Both the position numbers and the translations under genes were made by a program. DNA of 64,000 bases. Source: Isurus oxyrinchus. Its lineage: Eukaryota. The stretch covers positions 69,192,001 to 69,256,000 of the forward strand of contig JANJGN010000004.1 in assembly GCA_026770705.1 (NCBI GenBank), written 5' to 3'. Positions 14,113 through 24,222 of this stretch are shown one piece after another. A model generated the notes under the pieces. The model did no database searches and was not told where the DNA came from. It saw only the letters and a program-made list of their open reading frames with translations. Position 1 is the stretch's first letter. Every line of letters starts with the position of its first letter.

Positions 14113-16670
14113 AATTCCACCCCTCATCTTTCGAACCCACCCAGGATTACCGGTATCTCCGGGACATAAAACGTTTCTCAGACTGCTGTTCCCGTCACAT
14201 TCTGAAATCCACACTCAGTGCCATGCGCCGCCGTATGAACACACTCGACCTCTCCCTCCAGCAGCACCGCCGTACCCTTTTTCAAAGCTGCGCGTGCCCC
14301 CAGTTTCATTTTATCCTTCGGCTCATCCGACGCCTCAACAAGAAACTTTTTCTCTTTCTCTCAACTGCTAAGGAACGCAAGCTCCAACAACTCATCGACA
14401 CCAACACCCATCTAGGACCCTCCACCCCAGCCTGTCCCTCCGTCCCCACCCCATCTTCCAATCCCAGCCCCAGCCGTGTATTCACTATACCCCCTGACCT
14501 TCCCCTCTCCGATGCTGAACGTTCAGTGCTCAGCAAAGGACTTAGTTTCATACCCTTACGCCCTCACCTCAATGAATTTCGGGCTCGGCATGATACTGAA
14601 CTCTTCTTTCGCCGTCTTCGTCTCCGGGCTCACTTCTTTGGGCAGGAGTCCTCTCCCAGTTCAACGGATCCTTTTACCCATCTCCAATATTCTCCCTCCA
14701 CCTGGACCCCTCCCTCTGGATTCTTACCTTCTCTTGATCTTTTCATTGAGAACTGTCGGCGCGACATTAGTCGTCTCAATTTCTCTGCTCCTCTCACCCA
14801 TTCTAACTTGTCTCTCTCTGAACTTACTGCACTCCATTCTCTCAGGTCCAACACTGACATTGTCATCAAACCCGCTGACAAGGGTGGTGCTGTTGTTGTC
14901 TGGCGCACTGACCTCTACCTCGCGGAGGCTGAGCGTCAACTCGCAGACACTTCCTCCTACCTCTCCCTGGACCATGACCCCACCACTGAACATCAAGCCA
15001 TTGTTTCCAGGACTGTCACTGACCTCATCTCCTCTGGGGATCTCCCTCCCACAGCTTCCAACCTGATAGTCGCCCAACCTCGGACGGCCCGCTTCTATCT
15101 CCTACCTAAAATCCACAAACAGAACTGCCCCGGTAGACCGATCGTCTCAGCTTGCTCCTGCCCCACAGAACTCATTTCTCGTTATCTTGACTCCCTTCTC
15201 TCTCCCCTTGTCCAGTCCCTTCCCACCTACATCCATGATTCCTCTGACACCTTACGTCACATCAACAATTTCCAGTTCCCTGGCTCCAACCGCTTCCTCT
15301 TCACCATGGACGTCCAATCCCTCTACACCTCCATCCCCCACCAGGATGGTCTGAGGGCCCTTAGCTTCTTCCTCGAACAGAGGCCCGAACAATCCCCATC
15401 CACCACTACTCTCCTCCGTCTGGCTGAACTTGTTCTCACGTTGAACAATTTCTCCTTCAACTCCTCTCACTTTCTCCAAATAAAAGGTGTGGCTATGGGT
15501 ACCCGCATGGGCCCCAGCTATGCCTGTCTCTTTATGGGATATGTGGAACATTCCTTGTTGCAGTCCTACCCCGGCCCCCTTCCACAACTTTTTCTCCGGT
15601 ACATCGATGATTACTTCGGTGCCGCTTCATGCTCTCGTCGGGACTTGGAAAAATTTATTAATTTTGCTTCCAATCTCCACCCCTCCATCATTTTCACGTG
15701 GTCCATCTCTGACACTTCCCTTCCCTTCCTTGACCTCTCTGTCTCAATCTCTGGTGATAGACTGTCCACTAATATCCATTACAAACCCACCGACTCCCAC
15801 AGCTACCTCGACTACAGCTCCTCACACCCCGCTTCCTGTAAGGACTCCATCCCATTCTCCCAGTTCCTTCGCCTTCGTCGCATCTGTTCCGATGATGCTA
15901 CCTTCAAAAACGGTTCCTCTGACATGTCCTCCTTCTTCCTTAACCGAGGTTTTCCACCCACGGTCGTTGACAGGGCCCTCAACCGTGTCCGGCCCATCTC
16001 CCGCGCATCCGCCCTCACGCCTTCTCCTCCCTCCCAGAAACATGATAGGGTCCCCCTTGTCCTCACTTATCACCCCACCAGCCTCCGCATTCAAAGGATC
16101 ATCCTCCGCCATTTCCGCCAACTCCAGCATGATGCCACCACCAAACACATCTTCCCTTCACCCCCCTTATCGGCATTCCGTAGGGATCGCTCCCTCCGGG
16201 ACACCCTGGTCCACTCCTCCATCACCCCCTACTCCTCAACCCCCTCCTATGGCACCACCCCATGCCCACGCAAAAGATGTAACACCTGCCCCTTCACTTC
16301 CTCTCTCCTCACCGTCCAAGGGCCCAAACACTCCTTTCAAGTGAAGCAGCATTTCACTTGCATTTCCCCCAACTTAGTCTACTGCATTCGTTGCTCCCAA
16401 TGTGGTCTCCTCTACATTGGAGAGACCAAACGTAAACTGGGCGACCGCTTTGCAGAACACCTGCGGTCTGTCCGCAAGAATGACCCAAACCTCCCTGTCG
16501 CTTGCCATTTTAACACTCCACCCTGCTCTCTTGCCCACATGTCTGTCCTTGGCTTACTGCATTGTTCCAGTGAAGCCCAACGCAAACTGGAGGAACAACA
16601 CCTCATCTTCCGACTAGGCACCTTACAGCCTTCCGGTCTGAATATTGAATTCAATAACTTTAGGTCGTGA
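14109..16670 (+). CDS. PLE polyprotein: reverse transcriptase + Cys-rich linker + GIY-YIG endonuclease (853 aa from the junction ATG; native N-terminus probably truncated)
   Basis: KPADKG, FYLLPKIHK, GRPIVS, TMDVQSLYT, GVAMGT, RYIDD, LPFLD; linker CPRKRCNTC; VYCIRCSQCGLLYIGETKRKLGDRFAEH...GLN. No stops or frameshifts. The ORF track extends it to 13986 through antisense-arm sequence. Confidence 0.93.
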   Translation: MKFHPSSFEPTQDYRYLRDIKRFSDCCSRHILKSTLSAMRRRMNTLDLSLQQHRRTLFQSCACPQFHFILRLIRRLNKKLFLFLSTAKERKLQQLIDTNTHLGPSTPACPSVPTPSSNPSPSRVFTIPPDLPLSDAERSVLSKGLSFIPLRPHLNEFRARHDTELFFRRLRLRAHFFGQESSPSSTDPFTHLQYSPSTWTPPSGFLPSLDLFIENCRRDISRLNFSAPLTHSNLSLSELTALHSLRSNTDIVIKPADKGGAVVVWRTDLYLAEAERQLADTSSYLSLDHDPTTEHQAIVSRTVTDLISSGDLPPTASNLIVAQPRTARFYLLPKIHKQNCPGRPIVSACSCPTELISRYLDSLLSPLVQSLPTYIHDSSDTLRHINNFQFPGSNRFLFTMDVQSLYTSIPHQDGLRALSFFLEQRPEQSPSTTTLLRLAELVLTLNNFSFNSSHFLQIKGVAMGTRMGPSYACLFMGYVEHSLLQSYPGPLPQLFLRYIDDYFGAASCSRRDLEKFINFASNLHPSIIFTWSISDTSLPFLDLSVSISGDRLSTNIHYKPTDSHSYLDYSSSHPASCKDSIPFSQFLRLRRICSDDATFKNGSSDMSSFFLNRGFPPTVVDRALNRVRPISRASALTPSPPSQKHDRVPLVLTYHPTSLRIQRIILRHFRQLQHDATTKHIFPSPPLSAFRRDRSLRDTLVHSSITPYSSTPSYGTTPCPRKRCNTCPFTSSLLTVQGPKHSFQVKQHFTCISPNLVYCIRCSQCGLLYIGETKRKLGDRFAEHLRSVRKNDPNLPVACHFNTPPCSLAHMSVLGLLHCSSEAQRKLEEQHLIFRLGTLQPSGLNIEFNNFRS

Positions 16671-17063
16671 GCTCCCTCCCCCATCCCCACCCCCTTTCTG
16701 TTTCCCCCCCCTTTTTTTTCCCCCTTTTTTTTTCCCTATAAATTTTACAGATTTTTCTTTTCCCACTTATTTTTAAATATTTTAAAATCTTTTATGCTCC
16801 CCCCACCCCCACTAGAGCTGTACCTTGAGTGCCCTACCATCCATTCTTAATTAGCACATTCGTTTAGATAATATCACCAACTTTAACTTTAACACCTATG
16901 TGTTCTTTTGTCCCATTGTCACTGACATCTTTTGATGATCTGCTTCTATCACTGCTTGTTTGTCTACACAAGCACCTCTGTCTCTCTCTCTCTCTCCGCG
17001 CCCCCCCCCCCCCACACACCTTAAACCAACTTATATTTCAACTCTTTCCTGGACTCGAAATCA

Positions 17064-17102
17064 AGTTCTGTCGAAGGGTCATGAAGACTCGAAACGTCAA
17101 CT
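17064..17102 (+). ncRNA. Minimal type I hammerhead ribozyme-like motif with variant core
   Basis: AGTT-CTGTCGA-A-GGGTC-ATGAA-GACTC-GAAAC-GTC-AACT: stem I AGTT/AACT, stem II GGGTC/GACTC, palindromic ACGT in place of stem III, GUC cleavage triplet. Core reads CUGUCGA rather than CUGANGA. Confidence 0.75.
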
Positions 17103-18430
17103 CTTTTCTTCTCCGCCGAAGCTGCCAGACCTGCTGAGTTTTTCCAGGTAATTCTGTTTTTGTTTAGCATGTTTAATATGTTATACTGTACATGGTACCT
17201 TTGTAATTGATGCCTCTGGCAATGGCAAATTATTAGCCTCATTTTTGCCATATATGCAGCTGTCCCTAATAAGCATGAATGATATAAAGGATTGAGGTTG
17301 TGCTGATGATGCACCACTGGGTTACTGTATCTTTAGATCTTGGCCAGTACGGACACAGCCCTAATAAGAAGACACAGACTAAGAGTGGCACCATTATACC
17401 CGAAAGAATATTAAGCAAAATTTGAATGTGAAAAAACGGGCACATCGTTCCTGTGCAAATCTTATTTGAGGAGTTGCAGGATCGATTGCAAGAGGAGCAA
17501 ACATGTAGCTAAGTGTACACAAAATATAAATTTCACTCATTATAGCGTCTGCAATAGGTTGGAAATCTGATTTCAGCCCCAAAGAGACTTGGGGGCCAGT
17601 TTTCCTCCCCTTCGTCCCAGTGTGAGTCAGGCAATGTGCACTTGAAAGTGATCTAATTGCAACATACTCGAGCATGGATGACCTTCTATGTACAGTTCAT
17701 TTGCAGGGGTTGATGTTAAGCCAGTGGGCACCACAGAGCGGCAGTCCTTAAAAGCCTCCATTGGTGCAAATTCTTGCTGGCTTCTTGTCATTCTGGCTGA
17801 CATCAAGTCTGAAGAGGTTGTCAGCTGTCACTTCTCAGATTTCCCATTCTCTTTTGGAAAACCCCCTTCACACAAGGCAGCTGGGACAGCATGGAAATAA
17901 CGTAGAAGGCATCAGGATGTGGCTCCCCCATCATTTACATGAAATGACACTGAATAAATAAATCTCTACTTGTGATGGGGGCATCCTGGAAGGGAAAAAC
18001 AGTAAAAGCCGGGAAATAAGAACACTGGTACAAACTGGTCTCATCTACCTTAAAATAGAACACCAATAAAAACTGGCAAATAAGAGGTCTGGTCCGAGTT
18101 GTTTTTTTTCCCTTCTGGGCTGTTCTGGTGCAAAGGTCTTTTGTGTCAGAGCCAAATCAGCCCTCCATGTTTAATATTCCTTCACAGCAAATAAAATTTG
18201 CTAGTAATGTAACTTGTAAATGGCTGCTGCAACTGTATTCTGGGAGAAATTCAGCTGTGTTTGTAACTTGGTGTTGAGAAGTCAAGATGCACATCACAGT
18301 GAGTACAATATAGCTGATCACAACTCGGCATGTGATTATTAATAATCTGTTGCCAAATCCACCTGGCGCTAGAAACAATTAGGGATAGTCAACAAGCCCT
18401 GAATTACTTGGTCATCTGGTCATATTGCTG

Positions 18431-18443
18431 GTTACCTAGCAAC
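18431..18443. promoter_or_regulatory. Candidate RFX X-box motif
   Basis: GTTACCTAGCAAC matches GTNRCC-N-RGYAAC, in sequence with no recognisable repeat; motif match only. Confidence 0.3.
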
Positions 18444-20100
18444 AGGGTGGTTTGTATGTGAGGCAGTTTGGTAATGTCCTGAAGGATGACACCTACCAGT
18501 TGGCCTTTGTACCACGAAAACCTATTTGTGATTGACAAATCATATTTAACTTTGAAGGATCCAGATGGTGCTAAGCCAGATCATTTACTCCTATGCATGG
18601 TTCCTAATCCTGCAGAAGTCAAAAAGTGGAGGGTGGTTCACAGTAACAAAAACCCAGATTTGAACAGTTTTCACGCTAGAGGATGCTTTACCTGATGGCC
18701 CCAGTCTCCCTACTGTTATCGTTTTGTAACCGCAGAACACAGCGGTCACAAGCAAGGCGTTGGCAATGGTAATTTGCTGCACGGCAATGATGGTTAATGT
18801 TCAAACCAAATCCAACCCATATGATTGGCACTTGAAAACAGATCAGACTAAAGGCCTTGGAAATGTAATAATAGCGGTTGCTGGTTATTGGCTGGACCCC
18901 GCCATTACCACACAGCTGGATTCCATACAAGAAACTAATCAATGACAGAGGTCATCACCTGCCTAAGCTTTTCCTGTCAAGCTCAGTTTATTGCTCACCC
19001 ACTACTGTTTTATCGGCATGTGGACATCAACACACTCTCGTTCATAAAAAAGGAGCAGGTCTATATCTTGTTACAAACTCAGCATGACTCCCAACCTACT
19101 GCACCTCAAAGCATTTCTTCCCCTTTTTTTATTGCGTGAAGCAAGTTCTGTTCCAGTAAAAATATATTAATCAGCTCATTAAAGCATCTATTTCTTGATG
19201 GACGAAGAGAGCAAATGGCCTCAAAGCATGTAGCTATGAAGAGAGAGGCTATTTCCTTCTAGGAAAGAATGTGCAAAAGAAATACCGCAATCAAAGGAGT
19301 CATTTGTTTAAAAATTGCATTTACAGAAATAAGCTTTCTCGATCATTAAGACGCAAGTCAATTGTTACAACCTATGAAATTGTAAATTATCGTGCACCAT
19401 CTGTGAATACCCCATACTTTTGATTTTATAATGCAATAAGTGATGTAGTTCTGAACCATAGGGAACAAGGAAACCCCAGGTTCAGTCTGCATTGTCTGTT
19501 GATTACACTGGCCTCAGTCAAGGAAGGACAGTAGTGGGAGCACTTGATCTCGTCTCATTATTCCCAGAGGTGAAAATCAACAGAAAATAATTTCTCCATC
19601 ACATTTTGACTAAAAGAAAAACGAACCTGCTTAAACTCACTAGGGAAAAAAATCACTGAGAAAGAATAAATAGTCTTCGTAGTTTGCAGACTGATTCATG
19701 CTGGGATACGCTGCACATGTTCAAGACAGTGGCATAGGCATGGATGGTTGTTAACTCCCTTCAGCTGTCAACAGAAAAATGTTAAATCCAGCCCTGGACT
19801 TTAAAGAGCCTGCGGCAGATCTCTCTGGTTTACATCTGAGAAATACTGAGCTTTCAGTGATAAAGCATGATGGGGCAGAGGTTCACTATGTCACCTCTCT
19901 ATCCTCTTTGCGCTGCCTTGTGCTACAGGTGATTTCCCATGGAGGAGAAGTGCTTGCATGTTGAGTGCTGAAATCACATAAATGTGACGGGACTGAGAAG
20001 CAACAAACCAGGAATGGGCAAAACCAACCATCCAAACAAAAAGGTGCATTAATCAAACCAGCTGCCGATTATTTTCTCAGCAACTCAATAATAAGGGTTC

Positions 20101-21364
20101 TGTCAGGAAGAAATAATAATTCTCAAAATGTTATTGGAATTTATTGTAAAATAGTGGTATCTGTGTCTATACATATGTGTGTGTGTGTATGTGAGACTTA
20201 ATTGGATTAAGGGCAGCTGGTCTGAGGCTTTGATGTTTCAAAGGATAAGCTCGGTTTGAAATGTTAAATTGGTAAAAACAGTTGTCAAGGGAACATTTAC
20301 ATTTTTAAATAAAACAGACTAGATTGATTTCAAAAGAGGGTGTGAAATGTGCCACCTAGCCAGGTGAAGTTCAGAAACAGTGGGCAGGATTTTTCCCTTG
20401 GTGGGGGTGCTCAGCAGGGGTGGGCAGGGGAAGCCAGGAGGCTGACCGCTGCCTGCAATCGGCTCCGCACCGCGATTTCACATGGGCGGGCCAATTAAGA
20501 TCCGTCCTGCGTGGATCGCGTGCAGCAGTGCTGAGCGCTGCCTGTGCCAGCAGGGGGAAGAGGGAGAGCCAGGCCTAGCCCGCAGTTAGCACATGCATGA
20601 GAAAGAGCGCTTCAATCTCCCTGAGGTACAGAGCTTCCTCAGGGAGATTGAAGTGCTGTATAAAAAAAATCAAGTAAATAAAAATTTAATAAAACAACTC
20701 TGTCGCATGAGCTGGGACATGTTTTTAATTCAAAAATCAAGTTTTTACTTAATGTTTATCTGCTTTAGAAAACCTCATCCCACTCATGGATGAGGTTTCC
20801 AAAAAAATGCAAAGGCCACTTGGCCTTTTCGCCTGCCTGCCAACCATTAGCTTGGACAGGCAACGTAAATTTGAATTTAATTAGATTGTTAATGACCTTA
20901 ATCAGCCTTTTAGTTATTGGCAGGTGTGCAGCCGACTCCGGCATGTGCCCACCAAATGATATAGCGTGAGACTGCATGATGACATCAGGACGCACGCCTG
21001 ACATCATCACACGTCTTTTTACACTCGGGCATGTCAGGCATGCATCTGCACGCTAAGCATAATATTCTGCCCTCTGTTTCATACTATTGCCTTAACAGAA
21101 GTGTAACTGGGAGTTAGATTGATTAGGGGATTCAGGAGTTATTATGGTAGTTATTTGTAGACATATGTATGTGCTTAAAAATCATATTTCTTATTAATAA
21201 ACGTTTAATCTAGTTTTGTAAAAACCTATAAGACTCGGTGGTCTTTGAATTCAAAGCCCGGCCTCTTGAAAGATACAAATTGCAAAAATTAGTTGTGGTA
21301 GTTGTTCCAAGTTTCCCTCTAGAATTTGAACAACTCAGCATTCACCATTGGCAGTGCCATAACA
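20101..21364 (+). mobile_element. Solo LTR related to the 33081/38108 LTRs, interrupted by a MITE
   Basis: TGTCA...CCATAACA termini; 21085-21364 aligns with 33700-33990 (AACTGGGAGT, GAGTTATTAT, ATACAAATTGCAAA, CCAAGTTTCCCTC); flanks GTTC/GGTC. Confidence 0.7.
20382..21072. mobile_element. Harbinger-type MITE
   Basis: TIRs GGGCAGGATTTT...ATATTCTGCCC; homologous in opposite orientation to 43078-43638; CpG-rich. Confidence 0.8.
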
Positions 21365-21744
21365 GGTCAGGTAATGCAATCAAGCCCTGGGTGGAAATAT
21401 GACAGATTCTCATTGGAAACATTTCACGATGGTTTTTAGTGTGGGGGATAGTGAGCATTTTGTAGGGGTGGGAAGGCTGTATGATAACACTGGGTGATTT
21501 TTTGTTGTTCCATCCCCTCTTCCACCAAAGGGGCACGATGTCTCAGTGAGCTTCATAGCTGTTCTGGGAATTCCACACCGTACAAGTTTGGCAGGCCTGA
21601 GGGGAGCACACAACAGCTAAGAATCTAGGAAAGCCCCACAGAAGTCTTAGAATCCATGGGTAAGCAACCCTAGAGAAGATCAATTTCCAACACATGTCCC
21701 AGTAGTTCCAAAAAAAGTGACAACTTAGCTTTCTTAAAAGGAAA

Positions 21745-22060
21745 CAGAACTTGCATTTATATAAAATCGTTCACAAACTCAAGATACCTCAAAAACCTTT
21801 GCAGCCAATTAAATACTTTTGAAGCAAGAAAGGAAGCATGGCAGACAAATTGCACAAAGCTCATACAAACAGCAAGATAATGATCAGATAATCTGCTTCA
21901 GTGATGTAGGCTGAGGGATAAATCCTGACCAGGAAAGTTCCTGCTTATCATCAAATGGTATAATCGAGCATCGAGCAGATGTATAATCCGACCGAGAGCA
22001 AACTCAGTTTAATGCTTCACCTGAAAGACAGCATTTGTTCAATGGACATTACTGCACCAG
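21745..22060 (-). mobile_element. Decayed Deu-domain (SacSINE1-like) SINE fragment
   Basis: Begins ACTTGCATTTATAT (reverse of the 3' tail) and aligns with 60560-60870. Confidence 0.65.
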
Positions 22061-22069
22061 CTGAGCTTT

Positions 22070-22230
22070 AACAAGCTTCATGGTCACTTTACTGACAACA
22101 GCTTTTATTTTCCAAATTGAATTCAAATCCTCAAACTGCCATGGTGGGATCTAACTCATATCTCCTGGATTATTAATCCAATTTCTGGATTATTAGCCCA
22201 ATAACATAATCACTGCATTACCAGACCCTC
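22070..22230 (-). mobile_element. 5' part of the tRNA-derived SINE family seen at 59185
   Basis: Reverse complement aligns with 59190-59360 (TAATCCAGA..., ATCCCAC..., AAAAGCT). Confidence 0.5.
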
Positions 22231-22344
22231 TAGTATGCCTACCGCAATCCAACATAGCCTGTGTCCCATGTATTTGATAGACACTAGAGATGGTGAAAAA
22301 AGCAGAGAGGTTTGAGGTTGTGCTTCATCAAATCAGCAACCTGT

Positions 22345-22570
22345 CAGCTCATTACATGGAGGAAGTGAAGACGACCATCACATTTGATTTCCACGCATCT
22401 GGGTCTTTCAAGACACCAGCACAAGACATCATTGACTGAGTCCAGATGAACATGAGCAAATACTGCATGGCAGATGCCAAATGTCAACACATTACGAACA
22501 TGTGAACAATGACAGTTCACCACAAGAGCCGACAGCTTTGTGAACATACAAAGGATGCCGGACCAATGTG
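22345..22570 (+). pseudogene. Old Harbinger transposase fragment
   Basis: Translates EVKTTITFDFHASGSFK, resembling MTVTVALKFYASGSFQ in the transposase near 32600-32660. Confidence 0.5.
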
Positions 22571-23699
22571 CAATGCAGGCACAACTTTGTTGATTTATGT
22601 GGCATTCACTCTGTGACTTTGTTACCATTTGTGCAGCTGTGGGTTGCAGTCTTCCCTACATCAACAGAAAGGGCCATTGCTTTGTTAACAAGTAAATGGT
22701 GAGTGGCAAATAGCACGATTCTGCGTGTTCTTAGCTATTATGCAGACCATAAGTAGCAGTAAAGGTCAGGGGGGTGTTTATGCGTGCAACATAAGCAGCC
22801 TCTCAAAATCAAGCAGAAACAACAAAGCTTGAACAGAATGAAAATCATAGACAGCTGTTCCATTCTTAATTTTTTTCATTTAAATTCTTAAATACTTTTT
22901 CCAGGTATTTCCTGCCAGCTCATCAAATTCCACAATGTAAGCTGATCTGAACTAAACTTCACACAGATGTGTTCTCATTATAAATCACACTAGTTGCACG
23001 TACAAGCCTGCACCACCTTTCTACAGTCTGCAGTAAAAAGGACTTGCATTTATGCAGCACCTTTTACAACCTCAAGATGTCCCAAAATGCTTTATAGCAA
23101 AAGAAGTATTGGTACTTTCGAAGTGTAGGGCAGAATTTTCCATGCCCACTGGCGCTGGACGTGTTTGGCAGCATGAGTGGACAATATGGCGATAAGGTCA
23201 AAAATCGGTTTGACGACATTATGAAACCTGTTTGCAATGATCTGCTCTGCCCATCAATGGCAGGCCGCATTTTCCACCATTGGACTTCAGGAAAGTCATT
23301 GTAACACATACTATATCATTATTAGCCCAGCTGGCCAGAATCATGCTCCCACGCTGGATCATCTGAGCACGTAGGTGGTGCAGAATATGTCTTGACAAGT
23401 GTGACGTGCAGAAGTCGGAACTTACTGTCAGGGCCTTGCTCACATCACAGCCATTCAAGGAACAGGAGAGGCTGGAGACCAACAACAACAGGACCCTGGA
23501 GGAACCTCCAGGCCATCTCATGGACATGGCTCTGCTGCAAAGCAGCTCGCGGAAGGTAGAAAGTCACCGTTGAGGGTGTGCTCAGTATCTTAGCCATGGT
23601 CTGCAATGAATGATCATCGAGGGGGTGGAAAGGGAGATCCTGCTGTGCTTGAGATTGGAAGATGTGCCGGGGGGTGAGACAGGAAGGTCTAGGTTCGAC

Positions 23700-24222
23700 T
23701 GGGGGAGGAAGGTGTGTCGAGGAGGGTGAGGTTAGGAGGGGGGGAACAAAGGTGTCAGGGAGGGGTTAGGGAGGGGGGGAAACAATGGTGTCGCTGAGGA
23801 GGGAGTAAGGGGGATGAAGGGTAACAGGGGAGAATACAGCAACTGGGGAGGTAGGTGTAAGGGGGAGGAAGGTGCAAAGGAAGGAATTTGGAAGGGGGAA
23901 GGAAACTAGAGAGCGGAAGGAGTACAGAGGAGGAAGGAGTCTGAAAAGGGAAAGGAGTAAGGGTGCAGGATGAAGTAAGGCTAGAGGAAGGAGTCAGGAA
24001 GGGGGAAAGAGTAAGCCTGGAGGAAAGAGTCCAGAGAGGGGTAAGAGTAAGGATGGAGGAAGAAGTAACGGCGAAGTAAGGAATCAGGAAGGGAGAAGGA
24101 CAAAAGGAGGAAGGAAGGAGTCTGGGGGTTGGGGGGGTGGGGCGAAGTGGGGGGGGAAGGAATCCAGAGGGGAGGAGTCCAGGCAAGGGGAGGGAAATAA
24201 GAGATCCAAGGGGGGAAGGAGT
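23700..24222 (+). repeat. Purine-rich (G/A) low-complexity tract with degenerate repeats
   Basis: Strongly G/A-biased on the + strand; recurring GGAGGAAGGAGTC / GAGTAAGG units. Confidence 0.8.

Larger units (their letters stand above)
13011..17165 (+). mobile_element. Young Penelope-like retroelement (Neptune-type) with inverted pseudo-LTR arms
   Basis: Flanked by the exact repeat AGCATGTTTAATAT (12997-13010 and 17166-17179); uninterrupted RT + GIY-YIG ORF; arm 13045-14112 is the reverse complement of 16099-17165. Confidence 0.96.

Noticed and set aside
13541-14140. 199-aa stand-alone GIY-YIG gene on the minus strand
   Set aside because: It is the inverted arm of the PLE; the start is GTG with a stop three codons upstream, and there is no ATG before the catalytic motifs.
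14476-16344. Overlapping alternative-frame ORFs of 196 and 285 aa
   Set aside because: Ser/Pro/Leu-rich by-products of the strong C/T skew, which depletes stop codons; no domain motifs.
13011-17165. Fold-back assembly artefact, or a DNA transposon with long TIRs
   Set aside because: The exact 14-bp TSD, asymmetric tail, 2-kb unique spacer and RT/GIY-YIG content fit a genuine PLE insertion; read-level confirmation is still desirable.
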